Positions 11,211 to 23,591 of a stretch of DNA of 64,000 nucleotides are shown here, one piece after another. Source of the stretch: Raja brachyura. Lineage: Eukaryota. How positions within the stretch are numbered: the first letter of the stretch is position 1; every line of letters begins with the position of its first letter. Below the pieces are notes generated by a model, which worked only from the letters and a program-made list of their open reading frames with translations, was not told the origin of the DNA and did not search any database. A program made the position numbers and the translations under genes. The stretch covers positions 3,782,001-3,846,000 of the forward strand of contig OY740814.1 in the NCBI GenBank assembly GCA_963514005.1. The letters run 5' to 3'.

Positions 11211-13412
11211 TTGTGAACAGTATTCGGTGACGGAGGGTTTCCAATACACTCTAATGCTCAGTGCAGACCTTTCCTTGGCGCTGCTCCAGAAAATCTACCG
11301 TATGGCCATTGGTACCACGGTTAAAAGTCAACACGGTTCAGTGACTGGGTCTCGGGGAAAAAAAAACAAACGCCGGGATTGTCGCTTGAACATTTATCTA
11401 ATAAAGTGTGTGTGCCGACATTCTTCACGACATCCCTGGGACTCCCTATTCCTTCCTGCCCCGTTCAAGCAACCCCCACAAAAATACAATGCCAAGACTT
11501 CAGGCTCCATTGCCTTCTTCCGATGTTTGATTTACATCTCGACTGTAATTAAACAGTTGAAGAACGACAATGTAGACAAATTCCAGCTGAACTTAAGTCT
11601 GCCTCCCTGGCCCTTCATTAGATACTTTCCTCTTGGAGCGAAGGTCAGGGAGTATAAATATAAATTGCATTTTGCATTACTTCTAGATGAGTGAAGCTGT
11701 CAAAGCAATAATACTAGCTTTCAGTCCCACTTTCTGCCACTTCTATCCCATATTTCGGCCAACAGGTCATGCGCAAATTAAAAGTGACAGCCCAGCCAGT
11801 ATGTCCAACAGACTTATATTGTTACAGGTTTCTGTCTTGGCCGAGATCTTAGATCACAGCCTTAGACTGTCTCCGTGTTCCCGGTGCCTGCTGCAGATAC
11901 TGCCAGCGTTAGAACAGCAAATAAAATCCCCACACACAAAACACAACGAGCGTAGGCATGTGGCCATTATTGGTGACGAGGAGAGGGGAACCTTTTATTG
12001 ACAAGATGAAGGGGTGACCACATTTGTGACCCCGTCTCTTCCCTCTGCGGCACAGACAGATGCCAACATCTGTAACAACTGGCAACTGGAAATATCAACA
12101 TGTTAACGATTACATGAAAAGGGGATGGCAAATGTGTTCATTTGCTGTGATCAATTGTGTCTTTCTCTCTCTCTCTCTCTCTCTCGTGCCTGATATTAAA
12201 GACTTTATAACTGGAGCCTAAAGGCTTGGTTTGTCTGCAAATCATTTGTTTGCCATATTTTCGTTGACAGGTTTCAGTTTGATCGCTGATTGATGAATGA
12301 TTTCATATCAAAGCTGGACAAATGTACTTTGTCATTGCCTACAGTAGTTTAGTTATGCCTTCTTTAGTGGTAATCTCCTCAAACTTACAGGTTTCGCTCC
12401 TGGCGTCAATGGTGCTTTCGTCAACTTTTACCAAATGTTGGGACTTCCGGAGTGAAGCACAACGTTCCTTTGGTCCCAGAAGTGAATGCAAACAAGTGAG
12501 GGTGTAGTAATTCAAGGCGCCCCCGTAATATCGAAATCTGCAAAAAACAAACAGCGAAAATTACTGTTCGCAAGTTGATGAATCGAGCGTTTCAATGGCA
12601 CTCTGTATAAAATACAAATGGATAGGCCGATGAGTTTGTATTCTTAAAACTATACAACAACCTTTTCTGTGTTCTAAACTATTCCACTATTTCAATATTT
12701 AAAGTTATTTTACTTTTGTTGCAGATTAAATGCTCTTTCAGGATACTTGCACGCCGGAACAATGAGCCGGTGCATAATACTGCCACCATTTCGTTTTAAT
12801 CCGACAAGTTTGTACAAGAGGCAGTTACTGAAAAATAAATAATGTGAAAATGTACATATTTTAATTGAATGAGAGGTGATTACCCCTAAGCTGTTAGTCA
12901 TTTTCCTGCCAGAATTTTGCATTAATTATCTTGCAACTCCAGCTATCTATTGGGCACTACAGTGCGACACTGATCCTAGAAGTGATTCTCTCTACACTTT
13001 GCAGAGGCCCACGCTTAAGCGGCGCGCAAACTGAAGTACGCTGGAATGCAAACATTAATTGTTTTGGTACGCAATTCTGTTACACATTTTGTTATTTCCA
13101 TTCTGGTTAAATGTCTTCATTCCTCAATCTTCTTGGGATCGGGTCCCAATCTCTCATTACTTCATCTGAGTCGCTTGGATTAAAATGTAGTCTATTAAAA
13201 TGAGCGTTGACATGTTCCGGTCACGGGGGCAATCACACCCGATCAAGGCCTCACCTGTGGTCCAAGGAAGTCGAGGTCTTTGCATAAAGATCAGCTCCGA
13301 GATCCCTGGTCAATTCTCCTCACCTCCACCATGGAACCATATGAGTAGTTCCAGTACAGAGAAACTGTCAGAGATCACAATCATTAATACAGCACATACA
13401 CACACCCAGGTT

Positions 13413-13556
13413 CTGAACAAAGAGTCTGAAGGATGGTCTCGACCCAAAACGTCACCCATTCCTTCTCTCCGGAGATGCTACCTGTCCCGCTGAGTTACTC
13501 CAGCATTTAGTGTCTATCTTAGGTGTAACCAGCATCTGCCGTTACTTCATACACTT
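13413..13556 (+). mobile_element. PLE terminal-repeat insertion with 11-bp TSD
   Basis: ACACCCAGGTT at 13402-13412 and 13557-13567 flanks a family copy. Confidence 0.75.
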
Positions 13557-13749
13557 ACACCCAGGTTACTTGGTTTCAGAAAAACACTGCCCCTCAATAT
13601 GTCCTCAGTATGCATCGCCACTGCGATGGTTGGATGGGTCAAAGGATGTTATAATCTCAGAGTCAATACCATACAGCGCAAATTAGATTCTTAAAGGGAA
13701 TCTTTTCCTGCCCAATAAGTTAAAGTCGACCTATAACAAACGGGGGAAA

Positions 13750-13960
13750 GCAGAGGCTGCAGATGCTGGAATCCTGAGCAAAAAAGTAAACACAGTGCGG
13801 GAAGAGCACTGTGCATCGGCAGCATCTGCGGAGGGGAAAGGGCAGATGAGGTTTTGGGTGGGGAAACTTCAGCAGTCTGTGGAAAGGGTCCCGATCCCAA
13901 ATGTCTTCTGTCCATTCCATCCATAGATGGTGCATGACCCGTTGAGTTCATCCAGCACCG
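13750..13960. mobile_element. Older inverted pair of PLE terminal repeats
   Basis: Minus copy (CTGCAGATGCTGGAATC...GGCAGCATCTG) followed by a plus copy (AGGGTCCCGATCCCAAATGTC...TGAGTTCATCCAGCAC). Confidence 0.55.
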
Positions 13961-14013
13961 TGCACTGTGGATGGCCCAATTGTAATCATGTATTGTCTTT
14001 CTGCTGACTGGTT

Positions 14014-15012
14014 ACATAGAAACATAGAAAATAGGTGCAGGAATAGGCCATTCGGCCCTTCGAGCCTGCAGCGCCATTCAATAAGATCATGGCTGATCAT
14101 CCAACTCAGTATCCTGTACCTGCCTTCTCTCCATACCCCCTGATCCCTTTAGCCACAAGGGCCACATCTAACTCCCTCTTAAATATAGCCAATTAACTGG
14201 CCTCAACTACCTTCTGTGGCAGATAATTCCAGAGACTCACCACTCTCTGTGTGAAAAATGTTTTCCTCATCTCGGTCCTAAAGGAATTCCCCCTTATCCT
14301 TAGACTGTGACCCCTTGTTCTGGACCTCCCCAACATCGGGAACAATCTTCCTGCATCTAGCCTATCCAACCCCTTAAGAATTTTGTAAGTTTCTATAAGA
14401 TCCCCCCTCAGTCTTCTAAATTATAGCGAGTACAAACCAAGTCTATCCAGTTTTTCCTCATATGAAAGTCCTGACATCCCAGGAATCAGTCTGGTGAACC
14501 TTCTCTGTACCCCCTCTATGGCAAGAATGTCTTTTCTCAGATTTGGAGACCAAAACTGCACGCAATACTCCAGGTGTGGTCTCACCAAAACCCTGTACAA
14601 CTGCAGTAGAACCTCCCTGCTCCTATAGTCAATTCCTTTCGTTATGAATGCTAACATACCATTTGCTTTCTTCACTGCCTGTTGCACCTGCAGGCCTACT
14701 TTCAATGACTGGTGTACCATGACACACAGGTCTCGTTGAATCTCCCCTTTTCCTAATCGACAATGTAGATAACCATTAAGATAATAGTCTACCCTCCTGT
14801 TTTTGCCGCCAAAGTGGATAACCTCACATTATATTGCATATGCCATGCATTTGCCCACTCACCCAGCCTATCCAAGTCACCTTGCAGCCTCCTAGCATCC
14901 TCCTCACACCTAACACTACCCCCCCCCCCCCCCCCCAGCTTTGTGTAATCCGCAAACTTGGAGATGTTGCCTTCAATTCCCTCGTCCAGATCATTAATAT
15001 ATATTGTAGATA
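14014..15012 (-). mobile_element. CR1-type LINE 3' portion (RT domain and tail)
   Basis: IYINDLDEGIEGNISKFADYTKL...LQGDLDRL and LYRVLVRPHLEYCVQFWSP, with a (CATAGAAA)n tail. It splits a Rex-like 3' tail (13964-14013 and 15013-15076, ending (CTAAA)n). Confidence 0.9.
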
Positions 15013-15369
15013 GTACGCAACCAAAGCTTTTCGTTGTACCTCGACACACGTGATAATAAACTAAACTAAACTAAACAACACACTTTGTATTATGGTTTTT
15101 TTTCAAGAAATTGGATTGTGTTTTCTTTCGTCGGGCACTCGGTTTGTGTCATGGCGTCATTTTCAATTGGAATCCATGATTGAACTTTGTAACTCTGGAA
15201 TTCCCCATTTCTTCCCCGTGTATTCCACGAGTTAGAATGTTCAATCGTGGATTCCAATTGAAATTCCTTTAACTCCACGAATCGGTGGACTTTACTGAAG
15301 CGACCATGTAACCTGCGGTGAATAATGTTATACTATAATAGTGTGCAAAGAAGTGATGGAGGGTCTCTG

Positions 15370-15550
15370 GCGTCAGGCAGCATCTGTGAAGGGAATGGAC
15401 TGGCGACATTTCGAGTCAGGACCGCTTCTTCAGACTGAACAAGAGGCATCGTCTGTCCACTCCCTGCCCCAGATACTCCCTGGATCATCGTTGTCCTCCA
15501 GCGCTTTGTTTCTTTGTTGTTTGGTTATGATTTCCAGCATCTGTGGTTTC
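15370..15550. mobile_element. Diverged inverted pair of PLE terminal repeats
   Basis: CAGGCAGCATCTG...GACATTTCGAGTCAGGACCGCTTCTTCAGACT, then plus-strand CTCCAGC...TTCCAGCATCTG. Confidence 0.55.
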
Positions 15551-16119
15551 TTGAGTATCTATAATAGTAGAAATCTTTCAGTGGAGTAATAGGAATTCGC
15601 ATTTTCACAATGTTCCCATGGTTATCAATGTTCTCATGGTTATCCCGATATAGATCTCCGCAATTATTAACATTAATTATAACACGTTTTTCGATTTTAA
15701 AAAACCCATTGTTTAATTCGCGTGTTATTGTTGACTGATCTGGAACTCAAGGGTTGGAGGTGCGGTTAAATGTCCAGTGTTGTCAACAAGGAGTGAAAGT
15801 GGAAACGGGCTTTAGTGCTGACATTAGTTTCAGAAAAGAAACGTCGAAAGCCTCTGATTTCCAGAGAGAAGCGCGGTTTGTGAACGTTGTGGCATCTTCA
15901 CGTTCCATTTCGTGAATCCCAAACTAATCTCTGCCGGTTAGACACTGGTTCTGCTACTTCCAGGATCTACGTCCACCCATAATCCCGATCATTGCACCAT
16001 TACGTTGTGGTACCTGTTGTGTCGCCCAGAAGGGTCAGAGCAAGCGCGCTAAATTGTGGTTACCATTTTTACTGTTCCCTCAAAGGTGCCCGATTACACG
16101 TATGGTGGCTTGCACAAAG

Positions 16120-16882
16120 GGACACAGAGTGCTGGAGTACCTCAGCGGGTCAGGCAGCATCTCTGGAGACCACGGAGAGGTGATGTTTCAGCTCGGAACC
16201 CTTCGTCAGAACGCTATAACTCAGTTATGTAGGCAGTGGGTGGACGGGGGACAGTGTGTGTGTGGGGGGGGGGGGGGGGGGGGGCGTGGCGTGTAATAGG
16301 TGGGCACAGGCGGAGGGTGGAGGGGGCGGGGGTAGGTAGGCAGATGGTTGAAACAAAGGCTAGGGAATAAAGCACAAAGTGTGAGACGTATTGTTTGAAG
16401 AGTTGCGTATTGTGAAGCCAGAGGAATGAATGTCGGAGGAGGGTGAGGGGAAAAAAAGGCGTGAATCTAGGAGTCCAGGTGGGGCACAAGGGAGGGCGGA
16501 GGGAGGGGGGGAGGGGGCGAAAGGGAGGACGGGGTTGATAGAGATTACCTACAATTACAATCCAGTTGTATGAATATTGATTTCTATAACTTAAAGTAGG
16601 CCCGGAATTGCCTCTCTCTCTATCCCTCCCCCACCCCAGTCACACCAGCTTCTCGTTTTCACCCAACAAACAGATAATATTGGTCTCTTTCCTTTACCAT
16701 CGTCGTCTATATCCCCCGTGTCCCTTTCCCGTTACTTTCAGTCTGAAGAAGGGTCTCGACCCGAAACGTCACCCATTCCTTCTCTCCAGAGATGCTGCCT
16801 GTCCCGCCGAGTTACTCCAGCCTTTTTGTGTCCACATTCTGCGATTCAATGTTCAGACCGTTAGGTTGTAAGATACCCGAAT
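16120..16882. mobile_element. Two nested PLE 3' ends (plus copy ~16557-16835 inside a minus copy)
   Basis: The minus copy's C-terminus LQPNGLNIESQN|CR* is split between 16836-16872 and 16545-16556. The plus copy reads MNIDFYNLK*, then an intact CTGAAGA-stem-GAAACGTC core at 16743-16770. Confidence 0.7.
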
Positions 16883-17685
16883 ACATGTGATGATTTCACC
16901 AAGCGATGACTTCACAACAAAACGTTGGCATTTAACCTGGGCCTTCCAGTTTTGCTCTAAAGTTTTATGATTCTGTAGCTGAATAACAAATTGATTCATC
17001 CGGTTACTGTTTTACCAGAAACAGTGCAGATGATTTGCGAACGTAATATTCCACAGTAGCTGGGCTGTGCTTCCCCGGGTTACAATAACTCACCCCCCAA
17101 ATATCATAAGTAACTCGCGTTTAATATAAATTGATATAAAGAAAGAAGCTATGTTTACAAAATTGAATCTCAGCCAGATACAGATGCACATGCACGCAGT
17201 TCCACGTGAAGCTGCTTTATCTGTGGGTCCACATCAAACCAAGTATGCAAGTTGTTGTTGAACATTAATACAACAGTCAAGCGAGGCATCCAGAACTATG
17301 TATAGTGTTTATATTCAGGCCTGGCTCACCTTGACAATACCAACATCTATGCCAGGATTCTCTTCATTTACTAGAGCCCAGCCTTCACCACCGGGATATT
17401 GAATAAGATAATTCCTAAATCTCTGGTCGGTAGCCTTGGAACTCCATCAGCAAGTGGCTTTTAGACTGCCTAACCAGCAGGCTTTAGTCCGTTTGAATTG
17501 GTCATAACATTTCCCCCACCCTGGTCAAAAGTGCAACACTGGTATCCATCACGGGTGTGTTCTCAATCCCTTGATCTACCCCCTGTACACACATGACTGT
17601 GGGGCCATGCACAATTCCTACTCAATGTCCGAAGAAGGATCCTGACCCGAAAAGCCACATATTCCTTTTCTACAAAGATGCTGCA

Positions 17686-18085
17686 GGACAAATGTTCCCA
17701 ATGTTGGGCGAGTCCAGAACCAGGGGCCACAGTCTTAGAATAAACGGGAGGTTAAATAAGACTGAGGTGAGAAAAAACTTTTTTTTGCCCAGAGAGTTCT
17801 GAATTTATGGAATTCCCTTCCACAGAGGGCAGTGGAGGCCAAATCACTGGAGGGATTTCAGAGAGAGTTGGATAGAGATCTTGGGGCTAGTGGAGTCAAG
17901 GGATATGGGGAGAAGGTACACTGTACACTGACAATGACAATTAAAATTGAATCTGAATCTGAATCTGAAGGTAGGCACGGGTTATTGGTAGCGGACGATC
18001 AGCCATGATCACAATGAATGGCGGCGCTGGCTCGAAGGGCCGAATGGCCTCCTCCTACACCTATGTTCTATGTTTCTGTTTTCTA
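17686..18085 (+). mobile_element. CR1-type LINE 3' end nested in a PLE fragment
   Basis: MFPMLGESRTRGHSLRING; tail GAAGGGCCGAATGGCCT...(TTCTATG)n. Confidence 0.85.
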
Positions 18086-18389
18086 TGACCCGCTGAGTTA
18101 CTCCAGCGTTTTGTGTTCAACTCAATGTACAAGTTCACCAATGGTCCCACCGTTGTCGGCACAGACCGTCAATTATGCTGAAACAACGTATTTGAAGGGA
18201 TTGAGAACCTTGTGTTATCGTGTCAGGACAACCACCCACCCTTTAGTCAGCAAGATGAAAGAGTTAGTTATTGACTTATGGAAGTGAGGGGCTTCATACA
18301 ATCCTGTACTCGTCAATAGGGCTGCCACGGAGATGGTCGGCGGTCTCAAGTTCCTATGTATCCATATCATCAGCATCCAAACATGATGC

Positions 18390-18524
18390 CATTGATGAAG
18401 GCTCTCGACCCATGAAACGTCACCCATTTCTTTTCTCGTGAGATGCTGCTTGGCCCGCTGAGTTACTCCAGCTTTTTGTATCTACCTTCCATTTAAAACA
18501 ACATCTGCAGTTCCTTCCTACACA
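18390..18524 (+). mobile_element. PLE terminal-repeat fragment
   Basis: TGATGAAGGCTCTCGACCCATGAAACGTCACC...CATCTGCAGTTCCTTCCTACAC. Confidence 0.7.
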
Positions 18525-18994
18525 TTAATGTTGTATTCTAGGAAGCGCCTCCGTTTATTTAGCTTTGTTAGACATCTTTCTTGGAAACGATTCTGGGTGC
18601 ACACAGGATTTACTCAAACATCTACTGATGAGTTATAGTAAATATTCTGACTGGATGCACCTCTGCGTGACACGGCAACTTCCCTGCTCTTGCCCACCTG
18701 GTCCCGCAGACCGTGGTGAACACCACCCATCCGTTCACAAGCTCATCGCCTCCTTTCATCCTCACTGTGGATTAAATCAAGAAGGCAGAAAATATTGCCA
18801 AGGATGCCTTCTCCCTTGGCCCATTCCCCTTTCTTTTTCCAGCTCTGGGAGAAGATACCTCAGGTAGGTTGAAGCCCCGGGACCTCCAGACTTGCGAACA
18901 ACTTGCTCACGGCTATCAGACTCCTGAATCAATCACTACTTTCACACCCAATTTCCAGAGGCGCGGCCACACATTTGTCCTAAGTACAGTCTGT

Positions 18995-19152
18995 ATCTCT
19001 TCCTCTTTCCCTTGTCTCTCAGTCTGAAGAACGGCCACGGCCCGAAACGTCACCTATTCCTTCTCTCCAGAGATGCTGCCTGTCCCGCTGAGTTACTCCA
19101 GCTGTATATGTCTCTTTGCGGTTTAACTAGCATCTGCAGTTCCTCCTTACAC
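18995..19152 (+). mobile_element. PLE terminal-repeat fragment
   Basis: AGTCTGAAGAACGGCCACGGCCCGAAACGTCACC...GCATCTGCAGTTCC. Confidence 0.7.
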
Positions 19153-19454
19153 ATTCTCACTCTTAACCCAACCAAATTTGGTTATCCTCTGTTGCACTTG
19201 AATATTTTCACAAGACATCGGATTGCACTTCAGGCTTGTACCATTCTGTTACTTGTTTTGCTAACTGGTGTTTATATCGTTGTATTTATCATTACCGTGA
19301 ACTTCACGCGACGATGGAATTCCGTTGCCAATTGGTGTTCATGACAACTAATCTGTACCTACAGTTAAGTATTGAGTATTCTCCTACCCTCCGAACTACG
19401 CACACGGTGCATTGCAGAGGTACATTTTAGGCATAACCAGTTGGAAAGATTACC

Positions 19455-19556
19455 CGAAGATAGACACAAAAAGCTGGAGTAACTCAGCGGGTCAGACTGC
19501 ATCTCCAGAGAGAAGGAGTAGTTGACGGGTAGTTACGGGTTGAGACCCTTCTTTAA
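19455..19556 (-). mobile_element. PLE terminal-repeat fragment
   Basis: GAAGATAGACACAAAAAGCTGGAGTAACTCAGCGGG...GAGACCCTTCTT. Confidence 0.65.
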
Positions 19557-20209
19557 ACTCAAGGTTAGCCCATGGCAATGCTTCACCTAAATACATAATG
19601 CAACTGTTTTCGTTTGAGAGGAAAATAAAGAAATGTGAAAGCAAGAATAATGGAAATGAGACACAAGGGCCCCCGTCCAAATAGTAACAGTTACTAGCAA
19701 AGCATCAGAAGACAGAGTCCACTGTTATAGAAAACAGCTCTGGGATTTGAAAGCTGTGGAGCTGGAAATGCAATAAATACACCATAGGTCGGGGCAGTAT
19801 CTGAGGAGAGACACTCAGGCTGAACACTGCACATATTCGGAAGATTAACGGATGGATGCGTTGGCAAGTTTTCCATCTCCACCTATGCTACACGGGCGAA
19901 CATTTCTTACCTACCATTTTCACTATAATACAATTCTGATGCGCAGTTTTAATAGCGGTTTATCGTTGTTTCTCATTTCTCTGTTTCTCAACAGTCATAC
20001 ACTCTCAAGGTATGAACGAGAACAGATGTCGCAGTCGGATGGCCACGCAGATCTATGGTTTATATGAGGCAATCGGCAGTGCCAAGCGGTGAATTTTCAA
20101 CCCATGCCCAAATGAATCGAGAACATCGCAGCCACGCTGCCTGATAAAGTCAACACATTTCAGTCCCACTCCTGTTTAAAGCGAGGGTGTCAACGCATCT
20201 CAGACGTAA

Positions 20210-20745
20210 TGTGCAGGAAAGAATTGCAGATGCTGGTGTGCACAATAGATGGGTACAAAAAGCAGGAATAACTCAGCGGGTCTGGCAGCATCTCAGGAGA
20301 AAAGGCATAGGCGACGTTTCGGGTCGAGACCCTTCTTCAGGCTGAGAGTCAGGGAAGAGGGAAACGGGAGATATGAAAAGATACATTGAGCAAATGAATG
20401 CAAGATATGCAAAAGGACAAATCAAAGCCAGTAAGGATGATCAAGGGAAGGTGGAGCCCACAATGGTCCATTGTTAGCTGTCGAGAAGGTGATAAAGAAT
20501 GGATACAAACAGTGCATTGCAGAAGATAGACACATAATGCTGGAGTAACTCAGCGGGACAGGCAGGCAGGCATCTCTGGAGAGAAGGAATGGGTGACGTT
20601 TCGGGTCGAGACTCTTCAAGGGTTTCGACCCGAAGGGTCACCCATTCCTGTCTCCAGAGATGCTGCCTGCCTGTCCCGCTGAGTTACTCCAGCATTATGT
20701 GTCTATCTTCGGTTTAAACCAGCATCTGCAGTTCCTTCCTGCACT
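20210..20745. mobile_element. Minus PLE 3' fragment (20210-~20511) followed by a palindromic PLE insertion (20524-20745)
   Basis: TSD GTGCATTGCAGA at 20512-20523 and 20746-20757; inverted arms span ~20522-20710. Confidence 0.75.
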
Positions 20746-21254
20746 GTGCATTGCAGATCCAAGCTGTGATTCAAATCTGCTGTTGACCATCTCATTAACC
20801 TCTAACGCTAAAGCGGGTGTATGTTGGTGCTTTCAGCGTGGAACAAATTGTGATAGTGAGATTAGTATTTGCGTTCAATCTATGCCCCACCGCACCCACT
20901 CATCCATAAAGTTTTGACGCAAGATAAAATACTTGCGTCCCCATTCTTGGTATGGTCCGAGGTGTTTCGTGGTCAATTTATTAATAGTCGAAGTAATGAT
21001 CGTTGTTAAGGAGACAACTGCCCGCCCAATTTGTGCAGCAAATTAAACAAATTGCCATTTAATTCGTTTTGGTCGAGGCCTCTACGTTGAGAGGTCGGGA
21101 GGAAAGTCGCTGCTGTTCTTCATTTACTGAAAAGGATATTTTACATCTATCCCGAACAGACAGACAGACAGTTTAAGGTCCAATTTGAGAACTGTTCTTC
21201 CAAAAAGGAAACGCTATTACTTTGAGCATGAGTTTAAATTATGTGCTGAAATCT

Positions 21255-21485
21255 GGGCGAAGAATGCTCTCGACACAAAACGTCACCCATTCCTTCTATC
21301 GAGAGATGCTGCCTGTCCCGCTGAGTTATTCCGGAAATTTGTGCCTATCTTCGGTTAAACCGGCATCTACAATTCCTTCCTACACAACAAATATTTACAC
21401 TGTGCAGGAAGGAACTGCAAATGCTGGTTTTCACCGACGATAGACACAAAATGCCGGAGTAACTCAGCATTTTGTGTCTATCTTG
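21255..21485. mobile_element. Convergent PLE terminal-repeat fragments
   Basis: Plus copy 21255-21385, minus copy 21401-21468, then a short CAGCATTTTGTGTCTATCTT fold-back. Confidence 0.6.
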
Positions 21486-21778
21486 AAGAAAGGGGAATCA
21501 GGAACTCTGCGACTGAGCCGGGAATCACTGCGAAATGTCAACAACATGACTGTTGTCCGAAAAATCCGTGAGACAGATTATTTTAAAAATCGAAACCTGG
21601 CTTGGTATTTCTTCTGGTCCATGAAACGAAACATTCTCGTGTGTGTAGAATATATTAGATCGGCGCCACTCGTTTGTTAACAGGTCTCTTCCACGTTTCA
21701 TTTCGCGTGTCTAAATCTGGTAAAATATAAAATACTTGGGGAATGTTCGGCGGTGGCTTCAACAACTGAGCTAGAGTC

Positions 21779-22020
21779 GTGTAGGGAGGAACTGCAGATG
21801 CTGGTTTGTTGGCCGAAGATAGACACGAAAAGCTGGAGTAACTCAGCGGGACAGGCAGAATCCCTGGAGAAAATGAAAAGGTGACGTTTCAGGTCGAGAC
21901 ACTTCTTCACACTGAAAGTATTTTTTCGCCTTAACGTTCAGTCTACAGAAGGGTCTCAATCATTTTCTCGAGATATGCTGCCTGTCCCGCTGAGTTACTC
22001 CTGCTTTTTGTGTCTATCTT
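21779..22020. mobile_element. Inverted pair of PLE terminal repeats
   Basis: Minus copy 21779-21915 and plus copy 21940-22020; AGCTAGA is repeated at 21769-21775 and 22021-22027. Confidence 0.7.
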
Positions 22021-22475
22021 AGCTAGAACTAGTCGCAATTTCACCATGACTAAATAAGAAATGCCTCCTGTACATCAGATGGAACATATTTGTCACCTCA
22101 ATAACATCAGGTGCAGCATTTTAGCATCACGCCCCAAAAGCCATTGAGTGTGATATAACACAAATGTTCGGTCGCTTATTTCACTTCTGAGGGCAAACTC
22201 AGATACGAGGACCTTACATCTGATGGACAACCTCTCTATCCTGTTCTTACAGGACTTCGTGCTTGTTTAGCTTGTGCCTTCATCAGAAATTAAACACACC
22301 TCGTTCACAGCACAAAATGGGACGGTCATGGAGCAATGTCTCCACAAAAACTTTCTTGCGGTGGGTCCTAGACGTATTTGCATTGGTCTGCACGACAGGT
22401 AACAATCTAGAGTGTAGCTGTACATGGGATCCAATCGACCCGAATCGTATATGTAGCTGCATTCGCAGAAAGTTA

Positions 22476-22553
22476 TAAGAAGGGCCTCGACTAGAAGCGT
22501 CACCTATTCCTTGTCTCCAGAGATGAGTTACTACAGCTTTTTGTATCTATCTT
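22476..22553 (+). mobile_element. PLE terminal-repeat fragment, internally deleted
   Basis: AAGAAGGGCCTCGACTAGAAGCGTCACCTATTCC...CCAGAGATGAGTTACT. Confidence 0.6.
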
Positions 22554-22942
22554 AAGTCATATAACAATTTGCATTGATATCAATCTCCTTTGGATTCGCA
22601 ATATCATTCGGCAGTCACCCCTCTGTCTATCTGTCTGGTTAATTGAAGCGTATGCACTTGCATACATATCAACAGTCAGTACACTCCAGAAGTAATTCAT
22701 TGCGTGAAGTGCTTCGGGATGCCGCCGAGCAACAATTATGTATGGAAATGTAAGTGCTCTTATTGTATGGAGTCAGAATATGAGCGAACCCTCTCCAGCG
22801 ACCTGCCGCAGTTCGCCGGGGTCGAAATATAACCTCAGCCAAGGGATATCTTGCATTTAAAAACTGTCCCACCAGACATCTGCATTTCAGCAAACCTCGG
22901 GTCCTTCAACGTTTTGAAGATAAATGAACAACTTCTCCGTAG

Positions 22943-23240
22943 CTCTGGAGAGAAGGAAGAGGTGACGTTTCGGATCGACACCCTTTTTCAGACAAGAAGG
23001 GTCACGACCCAAAACGTCGCCAATTCCTTCTATCCAGGGATGCTGCCTGTCCCGCTGAGTGACTCCAACATTTTGTGTCTATCTTCGATGTAAACCAGCA
23101 TCCTCAGTCCCTCCGTACACGCAACTTATCTCAGTCATTTGTTAAAAACACAAAGTGCTAGAGTAAGTTCACTGGTCAGAGACCCGCTGAGTTACTCCAG
23201 CACTTTGTGTTTTATTCTAGATTCCAGCATCTGCAGACCC
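22943..23240. mobile_element. Cluster of PLE terminal-repeat fragments (inverted pair plus remnant)
   Basis: GTGACGTTTCGGATCGACACCCTTTTTCAGAC is directly followed by AAGAAGGGTCACGACCCAAAACGTC; a further fragment lies at 23145-23240. Confidence 0.65.
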
Positions 23241-23591
23241 GTGTGCCTATTCCTCTATGTGATGTATTCCCTAAAATGCAAGGTTCTACTCAACTGCACA
23301 AGTATAGGTATATATTTATATTTAGTATAGGTATAACTCCAATAGATGGACGAAATTGACCGCTGATATTTTGAGTCAAGGTCCTTCTATTTGGGCTGTT
23401 CAATACAGGGAATTTCCAAGTACAGCATTGTCCATGCAGAAAAGGAGCGGCAATATAAATAAACCAAGTGGATTTTTAGAATACCTACAAGAATGGCAAT
23501 TTTGTAGGTTCTATACAAATATATTCAAAGTTAAAAGCATAAATTAAGACGTTTTTATAGTAAAATGTGTGGACAATCCCAGGTTTGTGAC

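Larger units (their letters stand above)
17310..18935 (+). mobile_element. Decayed Rex1/Babar-like LINE RT region with nested insertions
   Basis: LDNTNIYARILF, VLNPLIYPLYTHDC, a degenerate KFADDTTVVG-like motif (18127-18160), SKMKELVIDL, SGRRY and AIRLLN. Confidence 0.7.
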
